Shown: positions 8,884 to 17,722 of the stretch, piece after piece
How the letters are laid out: every line of letters begins with the position of its first letter
Position numbering within the stretch: the stretch's first letter is position 1
Source: an uncultured Clostridia bacterium
Lineage (GTDB): Bacteria > Bacillota > Clostridia > Peptostreptococcales > Anaerovoracaceae
Length of the DNA: 35,398 bases
Assembly: GCA_937915045.1 (NCBI GenBank)
Contig: CALDNM010000001.1
Span: forward strand, 1 to 35,398
Direction: 5' to 3'
Program-made: the position numbers and the translations under genes
The notes under the pieces: model-generated
Seen by the model: only the letters and a program-made list of their open reading frames with translations
Database searches by the model: none
What the model was told of the DNA's origin: nothing

Positions 8884-9276
8884 ATGGATAAGAAGATCAC
8901 ATCGATGATAAGAGTCAGGATGTCGGCGAAGGACGCGCATTACGGCGGCGGTTTAGTTGACGGAGCTCACGTGGTGCACCTTTTCGGAGATGTCGCTACG
9001 GAGCTTCTCATAAAAATGGACGGCGACGAAGGGCTGTTCTGCGCGTATGACAATATTGAGTTCACCGCGCCGGTGCATGCCGGTGATTTTATCGAAGCGA
9101 CCGGAGAGATAGTCGAAGTCGGCAACACCTCCAGAAAAATGGTATTCGAAGCGAAAAAAGTCATCTGCCCGAGGCCGGACGTCAACGAGTCCGCGGCTGA
9201 TTTTCTTGATGAGCCGGTGGTAGTCTGCAGAGCCAGCGGCACATGTGTCGTTCCGAAGGAATTCAAAAGAAAATAG
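8884..9276 (+). CDS. Hotdog-fold aminoacyl-CoA ammonia-lyase family protein (3-aminobutyryl-CoA / beta-alanyl-CoA ammonia-lyase-like)
   Basis: ATG at 8884 with [27 protein letters not shown]...FGDVATEL...[27 protein letters not shown]...GNTSRKM.FEAKKV matches my recollection of Kal/Acl proteins. No search run. Confidence 0.65.
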   Translation: MDKKITSMIRVRMSAKDAHYGGGLVDGAHVVHLFGDVATELLIKMDGDEGLFCAYDNIEFTAPVHAGDFIEATGEIVEVGNTSRKMVFEAKKVICPRPDVNESAADFLDEPVVVCRASGTCVVPKEFKRK

Positions 9277-9327
9277 CAGCAGAAACCAGATCCGGATATA
9301 TAAAAAAATGAGAGGAGACAGATCGAT

Positions 9328-11862
9328 ATGAAGGCACTGGATGGAATTAAAGTACTGGACTTCACCCACGCGCACGGCGGTCCGCTCGCCACGATGTACC
9401 TCGCCGACTACGGAGCAGAGGTGGTCAAGGTCGAGCCTCCGGGAGGCGAAGACGGCAGATCGCTGCCTCCGATGAAAAATGGCGGAAGCGGATATTTCGC
9501 GTATCTGAACAGGGGCAAAAAAAGCGTCTGCGCCGATCTCGATTCCGAGGCGGATCGGGCGTTCATTCTCGAACTCGTGAAAGAGGCGGATGTCGTCTGT
9601 GAGAATTTCAGTTATGCAGTAATGGAACGGCACGGCCTCGGTTACGACGATCTGAAGAAGATCTCTCCCGGCATCATTTACGCGTCACTGTCCGGCCCCG
9701 GGAGGAGCGGAAGCAAAAAAGAAATGAAGCAGATGGACGAGCAGATCTCCGCGCTTTCCGGAATGCTTGAGCGAACGGGCTACCCGGACAGTCCGCCTGT
9801 GGAACTCGGCATACAGCTCAGCTGTCAGACCGGCGCTGTCTATCTCGTCATGGCGATCATGCTCGCGCTGATCCACCGCAGGGAAACCGGCGAAGGTCAG
9901 ATGATAGATATTTCAATGGTCGATTCGATGGTCTCGATCATCGAGGGCACATGCGTCACCTACGCGCTCACCGGAGAGATCTATCCGAGGAGCGGGAATT
10001 CGCAGTTCTCGATCTCGCCTTACGATACCTTCAATATGAAGAACGGCGACGCCGCGGTGGCTGTCTGCACCGACGCGCAGTGGCAGAAATTCCTCGGCGG
10101 TCTTAAGATAGATGACATCGCCGCGAACGAAAAATATGCCAGCAATGAGCAGCGCGGTCTCGAGTACGACAACGGCCTGCGGGCAGAGCTTGCGGATCGG
10201 ATAAAGGATCTCGATCTTGACAGTTTCATGACGTCGATGCACGACAACGGCATCGCCTCAAGTCAGGTCTGCAGCGTTTACGACACGATGCGATCGGAGC
10301 AGATAAAAGAGCGCCGCATGCTGACCGAAGTCGATGATAAAAATGTCGGCAAAGTAGTAATGCCTAGCCGCGCGATCAAGTTCGGATCGGACACTGTCGG
10401 CAAGCCTTCGGGTTCAGGTCAGGATACCGAGCTATCGGGCTCAAGTCAGAGCACCGGACTTTCCAGTTCACCCGCGCTCGGGCAGGACACGGAATACTTC
10501 AGGAATATGATGCACACGCCGGAGCATATGGAGATGGCGGCCAGGATGGAGAGTGACGCAGCGAGCAAAAACGCGCAGGTATCAGGCGGCCCTGGCTCGA
10601 GCGGCGGTGGCGCTTCAGCATCCACTGGCGACGGCGCTTCGACAGGCACTGGCAGCGGCGATCCCGTGACATCCGGCAATCGAAAGATACTCGATGGCAT
10701 GACGGTCATCGATTTCACGCAGGCTTACAGCGGACCTTTTTCCACTATGCAGCTTGCGGATTTTGGCGCGAAGGTCATCAAGCTCGAACGATGCGGCACC
10801 GGCGATCAGTCACGCGAATGGTCACCGTTCCGCAAAGGTTACAGCGGTTACTACGCGGCGATAAACAGAAATAAACTCGGCATGACGCTCGACCTCAAAT
10901 CGAAGGAAGGTCTCGAGATCGCGAAAAAACTCATCGCGAAAGCAGACGTCATTACTGAGAATTTCAAGGTCGGAACGATGGAAAAGCTGGGGCTCGGTTA
11001 CGACGAAGTGAAGAAGATCAACCCATCGATAATCTACGCGTCGATCTCCGGATTCGGCCAGAGCGGGCCGCTGAAGGACCGGCCGGCTTACGATAATGTG
11101 ATCCAGGCGATGTCGGGGATCCAGGACATGACCGGGTTCCCGGATGAGCAGGCGGTGAGGTGCGGTTCGTCGATCGGCGACAATTACACCGGGCTCGTCT
11201 CGTCGATGGCGATCCTCATGGCTTACTGGAAAAAGCTGAACACCGGCGAAGGCGAACGCGTCGACGTCGCGATGCTCGACGCGCTGTTCGCGATGATGGA
11301 ATATCACATAATCAGCAAGACGCTGCTCGGCGAAGAGCACGTCAGAAGCGGCAACAGCGAAAAGGATTTCCTCGTCCCGTATGATCTTTACGAGTGCGCG
11401 GACGGATATTTCTCGGTCGGCGTTCGCGGCGATGAGCAGTGGAAAGCGTTTTGTGACGCTGTTGGTCTGGACTCGCTCCGTGACCCGCGTTTTGGCAGTA
11501 ACGATTCCCGCCGCGAAAATTTCGATGATCTCACTTCGATCATTTCGGGGTGGATAAAGAGTCGGAAGAAGGCCGAACTCACGGACCTCTTCACCGGCGC
11601 GGGCATCCCGAGCTCCCCTCTCTACGATGTAATGGATATCATGGATGACGAGCACACGAGGGAACGCGGCATGATAGTCACGATCGATGACCCGGGTCTC
11701 GGCCCTTACGAAGCCATCGCCAATCCGATGAAACTCGAAAAAGCCGGCGCCTCGTATTCCAAAGGCGCGCCGCTCCTCGGCGAAGACAACGAAAAGATCC
11801 TCAAGGAACTCGGCTGCATCGCCGATGAGATCACTGATCTCGCGCGCCGCGGGGTGATCTAA
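9328..11862 (+). CDS. Tandem fusion of two family-III (CaiB/BaiF-type) CoA-transferase modules joined by a low-complexity linker
   Basis: GAGGAG RBS. Module 1 begins LDGIKVLDFTHAHGGPLATMYLADYGAEVVKVEPP. Module 2 begins LDGMTVIDFTQAYSGPFSTMQLADFGAKVIKLER. Module 2 has the canonical Asp motif AYDNVIQAMSG; module 1 has MDEQISALSG. An S/G/T/D-rich linker is encoded at about 10390-10690. Confidence 0.85.
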   Translation: MKALDGIKVLDFTHAHGGPLATMYLADYGAEVVKVEPPGGEDGRSLPPMKNGGSGYFAYLNRGKKSVCADLDSEADRAFILELVKEADVVCENFSYAVMERHGLGYDDLKKISPGIIYASLSGPGRSGSKKEMKQMDEQISALSGMLERTGYPDSPPVELGIQLSCQTGAVYLVMAIMLALIHRRETGEGQMIDISMVDSMVSIIEGTCVTYALTGEIYPRSGNSQFSISPYDTFNMKNGDAAVAVCTDAQWQKFLGGLKIDDIAANEKYASNEQRGLEYDNGLRAELADRIKDLDLDSFMTSMHDNGIASSQVCSVYDTMRSEQIKERRMLTEVDDKNVGKVVMPSRAIKFGSDTVGKPSGSGQDTELSGSSQSTGLSSSPALGQDTEYFRNMMHTPEHMEMAARMESDAASKNAQVSGGPGSSGGGASASTGDGASTGTGSGDPVTSGNRKILDGMTVIDFTQAYSGPFSTMQLADFGAKVIKLERCGTGDQSREWSPFRKGYSGYYAAINRNKLGMTLDLKSKEGLEIAKKLIAKADVITENFKVGTMEKLGLGYDEVKKINPSIIYASISGFGQSGPLKDRPAYDNVIQAMSGIQDMTGFPDEQAVRCGSSIGDNYTGLVSSMAILMAYWKKLNTGEGERVDVAMLDALFAMMEYHIISKTLLGEEHVRSGNSEKDFLVPYDLYECADGYFSVGVRGDEQWKAFCDAVGLDSLRDPRFGSNDSRRENFDDLTSIISGWIKSRKKAELTDLFTGAGIPSSPLYDVMDIMDDEHTRERGMIVTIDDPGLGPYEAIANPMKLEKAGASYSKGAPLLGEDNEKILKELGCIADEITDLARRGVI

Positions 11863-11947
11863 AAGCAATTTTTCTGCTGTACACTGCAGATATTGGATCT
11901 CTTTTGATCAGAACAGCCTAAGAAAAGCAAATTACTTTCAGCAAGAT

Positions 11948-12037
11948 AATGCCCCGTGCCAACTTAGGCGCGGGTGGGAATCACCGGAACAACGGCGAAA
12001 GAAGCGGCAATGCCCCGTGCCAACTTAGGCGCGGGGC
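11948..12037 (+). repeat. Two copies of a 27-nt hairpin-forming repeat (AATGCCCCGTGCCAACTTAGGCGCGGG)
   Basis: Copies at 11948-11974 and 12009-12035. Each folds as GCCCCGUGCC/GGCGCGGGGC with one G-U pair on the plus-strand RNA. There is no U-tract immediately after either. Confidence 0.8.
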
Positions 12038-12082
12038 TATCTAGTGGCAATTTTTCGTGCCGTTCAATTTATCCTCCAAAAT

Positions 12083-12179
12083 AATGTCACAATGATTTCA
12101 ACGTTTTCCATTTTATTCCATTTTTCTCGTTCCATTCACCATTGTTTCGTCCTTTTTGTCAGCTTTTTTTCAACGTTTC
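12083..12179. repeat. 97-nt dispersed direct repeat, copy B
   Basis: 92/97 identical to 8367-8463 in the same orientation. Confidence 0.9.
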
Positions 12180-12338
12180 CGGACTTGCGAGATCGAAATC
12201 AACGTAAAATGACCCAAATTTGATCAAAAACATGCTCTGCGAAAAAGCAAAACGCTGTAAGTCGCATTTTTTTGTGACAATATTTGCTGCGCGAATATAA
12301 ATGGCACAAAACATGTCACGCCTTTCTTTTGGCCGGTG

Positions 12339-12962
12339 TCAGATATCCTGCTCCGCGGCCTCGATGCTTTCATATCCATAAAATCGAACTGTCACAGTCT
12401 GCTGCTTTATGAGCATATCATGATCGGCCAGCATGTCCCCAAGCAGTAATGCTATGGTCTCTCCCGAATATGTTTTGTATTCGCCGAGGCTGTAAGTACT
12501 GAGCGATGTTTCTCCATTTTCGTTATCCTTGACCGGCCGCATCCTCGATGCAAGTTTAGGGTATTCCCTGGCGAACGCTTCGTTCTGCTTACGCTCCATA
12601 TCTATGATCTTTTGGATGTTTCCCATCTTCTCCGCATTGGCACGCGGCAGTTTCGGCTCCAGGACATCATAATAATAAGCCGGGTCGGAATACTCCATCA
12701 TGTACGCGTATTTCTCCATCAGAAGATTACGCTCTTCCCTATCCGCTTCCTGAAGATCCGCAAGATACGATCTGTTCGTCCTTTCGCTTCGCGCGCAGAA
12801 ATTACTGTATCTCATGATATAAAATGTGCGCGCGTCATCCTGACAGAATGCGCGCCCGTCGATACCTTTGACATTGTCGAACATTGTCCATTCAATATCT
12901 ATGATCTTGTTGATGACCTTATCATTGCTCGTTTTATTTTGAATAAGATCTTTGATCTCCAT
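12339..12962 (-). CDS. DUF4125-like protein
   Basis: AAGGAG RBS. The sequence (IEWTMFDNVKG..GRA.CQDD..TF.IMR..) and its position directly after a DUF4037-like gene match the arrangement I recall for this family. No search run. Confidence 0.6.
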   Translation of the reverse strand: MEIKDLIQNKTSNDKVINKIIDIEWTMFDNVKGIDGRAFCQDDARTFYIMRYSNFCARSERTNRSYLADLQEADREERNLLMEKYAYMMEYSDPAYYYDVLEPKLPRANAEKMGNIQKIIDMERKQNEAFAREYPKLASRMRPVKDNENGETSLSTYSLGEYKTYSGETIALLLGDMLADHDMLIKQQTVTVRFYGYESIEAAEQDI

Positions 12963-12989
12963 TTTATTCTCCTTCCCCCATCTGAAAAA

Positions 12990-13925
12990 CTAATCGATAT
13001 CATATATAGCCGGAAGTCCTGCCAGCTGCGGATCTTTGATCCCCGCCATGATGTCCGGACAGTAGGCCTGCATGAACTGGTCATGCGTCTCGGCGAAACC
13101 CTGACGTACTATTTCTCTTTCGATACTTACGCAGATGTCCTCGATCATTTCAGTCATCCACGCTCCATCCTCAGATACGCTCATATCCACGAGCTTCATC
13201 AGTGAAGTCACAGTATCCTGTAATATAGTCAACTCACCTGCACGGCGAAATATCCATTTATAGAAGGGCGCGTACTCACGGTTCAGCAGAAAGATCGCCG
13301 ACAGCGCGGCTTTTACGAATTCATGCAGCGCCATCCACGCGGCCTCTTTTTCTCCGCGCTTAAGAGATCTTGGGAAATTGTACTGCCCGGACTGAGCCAT
13401 TACTGCCGCACGCGCCGCCAGTTTTTTGCGGAGCACATCCTCCGGATAAAATCCAAGAAGAGTTTCTCTGATTTCTGTGAACGTCCCTTCGGGATCGCGA
13501 AAAACTTTCCCGCTCGTGACGATCGCGAGATAGCGCTCCGGTATGCGGAACCAGTCCAGGACATTGCTCGGAGCACCCGGGCAGCCTATATATTTCCGGT
13601 AAAAGTCCTCTATCGTGATGACTCCAACGCGGGCCGCGCCTTCAGGTGTCTCGATCCGGGTCACGCCGCCATACTCAGCCGGCAGCCCGCGATAAGCTTC
13701 CTGCAGCTTTCCCCCGATATCACGCGCCGTTTTTTCAGTGATCCAGAAGCAGAATCCCGGCCCGAAATCATGATCTCTTGAGATCTCGTCATCGTACCCG
13801 AAGCACTCCGATCCCTCGCCCGCCAGACCCGCGGCAATGAGCGGCGCGTATTCACTGAACTCGCCGCGGAGCAGCGGTTCGCCGTATTCTTTATAATAGC
13901 CCTCTGCCAGTTCCATCCCATTCAT
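12990..13925 (-). CDS. DUF4037-like protein with pol-beta nucleotidyltransferase-type motif
   Basis: ATGA overlap with the upstream TPR gene. GLAGEGSECFGYDDEISRDHDFGPGF fits G-S-x(n)-D-x-D. Confidence 0.6.
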   Translation of the reverse strand: MNGMELAEGYYKEYGEPLLRGEFSEYAPLIAAGLAGEGSECFGYDDEISRDHDFGPGFCFWITEKTARDIGGKLQEAYRGLPAEYGGVTRIETPEGAARVGVITIEDFYRKYIGCPGAPSNVLDWFRIPERYLAIVTSGKVFRDPEGTFTEIRETLLGFYPEDVLRKKLAARAAVMAQSGQYNFPRSLKRGEKEAAWMALHEFVKAALSAIFLLNREYAPFYKWIFRRAGELTILQDTVTSLMKLVDMSVSEDGAWMTEMIEDICVSIEREIVRQGFAETHDQFMQAYCPDIMAGIKDPQLAGLPAIYDID

Positions 13926-14743
13926 GATTTTGCCTCTCCTGATTTTGCCTCCCGGACGATCTTCAGATTATTTTCGAGCATGTCGTAATATGGCGACCTG
14001 CCGAAATCTCTTTCGACAAGCTCCATTGCCTTTTGGTAATAAACGATCGAACCGTCCCAGTTTCCCCGGTAATACTCAAGCACGCCAAACGCGGCAGCCG
14101 CGTAAGCGTAATGGATATCCTTGTCGGCGAACTCCGTTTCGTATATCTTCATCGCCTCGCCGAGGCTGCTCTCCGCTTCGTCATACCGCCCCATATCGAT
14201 CTGGACTTCTCCCAGATTTATAAGGCTCGTCGCTTCTTCTCTTCTCGCGCCGGGGATCGTCCTGATGATCCTGAGCGACCGGAGCGCCGCGGCTTCAGCC
14301 TTTTCAAGCTCCCCACGGCTTCGATAAGCGGAACTGATATTGTCCTGTACCGCCGCCATATCATAACCGTTATCCTCGCCGAGATCCTCCAGCAATTTCT
14401 CACTTGTTCTGTACATTTTCAGAGCGGCCTCGAGGTCGTTGCAGGCCAGGTGTCCGTTAGCTGCGTTGAGCAGTGTGATCGCGTAATTATGCGTATCCTT
14501 TTGTCCTGTCTCTTCCAGTTTTTGCAGCGCTTCTTCATAAAGAGGAAGTCCCTGCTCATGCCTTCCGGCCGACCGGAAATGCGAAGCCAGCTCATTATCG
14601 ACCGCGATGATCATTGCCGTATCGTCCTCTTCGACCGCGGTATCACGCGCCCCCCGCATATACGCTTCGACTTTTCCGATGCGTTCCTTAGCGTACAATT
14701 CATCCAGCCCCTGATAAAATTCGCTGACGCTCATCTTTCCCAT
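13922..14743 (-). CDS. Tetratricopeptide-repeat protein
   Basis: ATG at 14743 with AAGGAGG RBS. It has repeated A..Y..AL...E..G 34-residue-like units (e.g. YAITLLNAANGHLACNDLEAALKMYRTSEKLLE). Confidence 0.7.
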   Translation of the reverse strand: MGKMSVSEFYQGLDELYAKERIGKVEAYMRGARDTAVEEDDTAMIIAVDNELASHFRSAGRHEQGLPLYEEALQKLEETGQKDTHNYAITLLNAANGHLACNDLEAALKMYRTSEKLLEDLGEDNGYDMAAVQDNISSAYRSRGELEKAEAAALRSLRIIRTIPGARREEATSLINLGEVQIDMGRYDEAESSLGEAMKIYETEFADKDIHYAYAAAAFGVLEYYRGNWDGSIVYYQKAMELVERDFGRSPYYDMLENNLKIVREAKSGEAKS

Positions 14744-14770
14744 ACCTGCCTCCTTGATCACGATTTGTTC

Positions 14771-16825
14771 TTACTCTCGTTCTATCCCGGCGAGTTCCTC
14801 GACGAGCTCGCACGCCCGGCTGATGCCGCTGATCGCGTTTTTGACTTTCACCGAGTCGCCGATGTTGTACACGCGCACGCCCTTCGCCGTGAGCTCATTG
14901 TACAGCGAATCGTTCGGTCTCGCGCCGACTGCCATTACTACAGTATCGCACGGTGCAGTAACGGTCTCTTTTATCTCGCCGTTTTCTTTCTCGCGGACGT
15001 CCAGCACTGCCTCGCCATTTTTGATCTCGCGCACTCCCGTGAACGGGTATTTTTTCACGCCCATGCGTCTGAGCGCCGCCATCACGGGCCACGCGGTGCC
15101 GGCCTCGAAGCCCTTCCCGATCTCGAGGATGTCGACGATCGTTATATTGCGCCTGCATGTATTCATCAGTTCTTTGATTTTTTCCGGAGACTCGTAACCG
15201 TACTGCATCATGTGGAAGACCTGCTCCGGCGACACCGCAGCTTCATCAGCGATGTATTCGGCTGTCTCGCATCCGACCGATCCGCCGCCGACCACGACGA
15301 CATTTTTGCCGGTCATGACGCGCTTGAGAAGTACGTCCTCCGCTTTGTAAACAGGGATGCCTTCTTCGATATCTAGTTTTATATTCGGCGCGGCGCCTCT
15401 TCCCGTCGCTGTCACGACGTAGTCGAATCCGCTTTTTTCGATCTCTTCCGCGTCCGCTTCTTTTCCGAGCACGACGTCCACGTTGTGTTTTTTGAGGATG
15501 TTTTCGTAGTAACTTATGATGGTCCTGAATTCTTCTTTATGCGGCGGGAGCGACGCGATGTATATCTGCCCGCCGAGTCTGTCCGCCTTTTCCCACAAGG
15601 TCACATCGTGTCCGAGCTCGGCTGATCTGAACGCGAACTCGCATCCTGACACACCGCCCCCGACGACGAGGATCTTGTTCTTCTTTTGTCTCAGCTTCAG
15701 GTCCTCTATATCTTTCACCTGGTACTCGCGGCCGACTCGCGCGTTCACGAGGCATTCGACCGGTTTGTTGAAGAACGCGCGGGCCAGGCAGCCCTGGTTG
15801 CAGGCCACGCATCTTCTTATGGTTTCCGGCTCGCCCTCTTCGGCTTTTTTGCACCAGCAAGGGTCGGCGATGTTCGGCCTTCCGAGGCTGACTATATCGC
15901 AGACTCCCGTCGCGAGCATCCTTTCAGCGACATCAGGGTCGTTGATCCTGTTGCTCGCCGCCACCGGTATGCTGACCGCGTTCCTGACTCTCTCCGCGAA
16001 TATATCGAATCCGCCTCTCGGGAGTTCACCGGTTATCTGCGGCACTTTCGACTCATGCCAGCCACCCGTCACGTTGATCATAGAGACACCCGAACGCTCC
16101 ATCTCGGCCGCGAACATTACTGCGTCATCATCTGTACACGAACCCGGCACGAGATCGTTCCCGGCGATCCTTATACTTAACGGATAATCGTCACCGACAG
16201 CGCCACGCACTGCCTTCATTAATGCTTTCGGGAATCTCACGCGATTTTCGAACGAGCCGCCATACTGATCAGTACGCGTATTCGTGAACGGCGACAGAAA
16301 CTCACAGATGAGATATCCCGCCGACGCGCTGATCTCCACCATATCAAACCCGCACTTTTTCGCGCGCGCGGCAGCGGCCGCCCATTTTTCGATGACGGTC
16401 TTTATCTCTTCTTCGGTCATTTCTTTCGGAGTCGCCCTCGAGTAACCGCTGTATATCGGTGACGGCGCGAGCGGCTGCCGGCCGTCGTTGCACTCGGGGT
16501 TCGCGTACCTTCCGCCGTGGAATATCTGCACCGCGACTTTGGCTCCGCGCTCATGCATCCCTTCGGTAAATTCTTTGTAACCCTCTATGACGCTGTCGTC
16601 CGCCATGCTCATCATGCTGTAAGTCGATCCATACTCGTCGAAATACGCGCCGCCTGTCACTGCAAGACCGATGCCTCCTTCGGCACGCGCCCAGAAGTAG
16701 TTATTGAAGCGCTCGTTCGCTTTTCCGTCGGGATTGTACAGAGTGTTCATCGCCGACATGAATACTCTGTTTTTAACTTCCATATTTCCGATCTTTATCG
16801 GAGAAAATAAGTGTTCGTAATTCAT
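14771..16825 (-). CDS. OYE-like FMN domain + FAD/NAD(P)-binding domain oxidoreductase (2,4-dienoyl-CoA reductase / enoate reductase family)
   Basis: ATG at 16825 with GGAGAG RBS; the ORF-track start at 16906 overlaps the upstream gene and lacks an RBS. MNYEHLFSPIKIGNMEVKNRV is a typical N-terminus. It has the Fe-S motif CVACNQGC and two Rossmann motifs (VVGGGVSGCE, VVGGGSVGCE). Confidence 0.85.
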   Translation of the reverse strand: MNYEHLFSPIKIGNMEVKNRVFMSAMNTLYNPDGKANERFNNYFWARAEGGIGLAVTGGAYFDEYGSTYSMMSMADDSVIEGYKEFTEGMHERGAKVAVQIFHGGRYANPECNDGRQPLAPSPIYSGYSRATPKEMTEEEIKTVIEKWAAAAARAKKCGFDMVEISASAGYLICEFLSPFTNTRTDQYGGSFENRVRFPKALMKAVRGAVGDDYPLSIRIAGNDLVPGSCTDDDAVMFAAEMERSGVSMINVTGGWHESKVPQITGELPRGGFDIFAERVRNAVSIPVAASNRINDPDVAERMLATGVCDIVSLGRPNIADPCWCKKAEEGEPETIRRCVACNQGCLARAFFNKPVECLVNARVGREYQVKDIEDLKLRQKKNKILVVGGGVSGCEFAFRSAELGHDVTLWEKADRLGGQIYIASLPPHKEEFRTIISYYENILKKHNVDVVLGKEADAEEIEKSGFDYVVTATGRGAAPNIKLDIEEGIPVYKAEDVLLKRVMTGKNVVVVGGGSVGCETAEYIADEAAVSPEQVFHMMQYGYESPEKIKELMNTCRRNITIVDILEIGKGFEAGTAWPVMAALRRMGVKKYPFTGVREIKNGEAVLDVREKENGEIKETVTAPCDTVVMAVGARPNDSLYNELTAKGVRVYNIGDSVKVKNAISGISRACELVEELAGIERE

Positions 16826-16886
16826 TTGACTCTCCATAACATCATCTAACAATGAAAATGCCGCCTGTGGGTTATTCAGCCGTAGT

Positions 16887-17156
16887 TTATTTATCTTTCC
16901 GCTCATCGATACGACTCCTTACTCTGTCAAATACTTCCGTCTCAAAAAACCGCGTATCATCAAATGAAGCCGCTTTATCCGCTTCATCCAATTTGATCTC
17001 AATATCACCCGTAAGTTCCGAATACTGTTCCAGACTTAGTACTACCATCGATCCATATCCATTCTTTGTTAAATATACAGGACTGCCTTCTTTTACTGTT
17101 GTCTCTATCTCCGAGAACTTATTCCTTAGATCAGAAACAGGTCTTATATTTATCAT
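16887..17156 (-). CDS. Phd/YefM-family type II antitoxin (no cognate toxin gene present)
   Basis: ATG at 17156 lies 9 nt after AAGGAG. MINIRPVSDLRNKFSEIETTVKEGSPVYLTKNGYGSMVVLSLEQY is a typical Phd/YefM N-domain. Confidence 0.7.
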   Translation of the reverse strand: MINIRPVSDLRNKFSEIETTVKEGSPVYLTKNGYGSMVVLSLEQYSELTGDIEIKLDEADKAASFDDTRFFETEVFDRVRSRIDERKDK

Positions 17157-17278
17157 AACCATCATCTCCTTCAAGAATATTATCTTTGGCGTTATTTTAT
17201 CATAATTAAGCCACTTCATCAAAAAGAAAAGATCGCCGGCGGACCGACGATCTCATTCATAGCTCTTGTTCTTTCCTC

Positions 17279-17662
17279 CTAGCTCAGCTGTCCGTGTTTT
17301 TCGTAGGATGCTGTGCGGACGATATGGTTGTCGTCGTCCACGAATACGACCTTCGGCCGCAGTCCCGCGGCTTCTTCGCTGTCCACGGAGCAGTAACACA
17401 TGATGATCACGTGGTCTCCCGTCTGGACTTTCCTCGCGGCCGCGCCGTTCAGACAGATCATCCCGCTGCCGGCGTCGCCCGCGATGGTGTATGTTTCGAA
17501 TCTTTCGCCGTTCTCGACATCGACGATCTGGACCTTTTCATATTCCAGTATCCCGGCCGCGTCCATCAGATCTGTGTCGATGGTGATGCTGCCGACATAA
17601 TCGAGTTCGGCCTGCTTGACCACGGCCCTGTGTATCTTTCCTTTGAGCATTGTAAGTTCCAT
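17279..17662 (-). CDS. panD: Aspartate 1-decarboxylase
   Basis: MLKGKIHRA..., the self-processing site YVGSITID, and CLNGAAAR. Confidence 0.93.
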   Translation of the reverse strand: MELTMLKGKIHRAVVKQAELDYVGSITIDTDLMDAAGILEYEKVQIVDVENGERFETYTIAGDAGSGMICLNGAAARKVQTGDHVIIMCYCSVDSEEAAGLRPKVVFVDDDNHIVRTASYEKHGQLS

Positions 17663-17722
17663 GATTTTCCTTCTTTATACTTTCTTGTCGCGCTTTATTA
17701 TTAAATTTCCTGATCGCGCTTT

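Noticed and set aside
16826-16906. Using the ORF-track start 16906 for the oxidoreductase, and similar upstream-most starts for 1369..2286, 3695..5998, 13922..14761, 19442..20320, 20459..21682 and 25096..26562
   Set aside because: In each case an internal ATG is preceded by a clear Shine-Dalgarno sequence. It also matches the expected family N-terminus or signal peptide, whereas the upstream-most start lacks an RBS.
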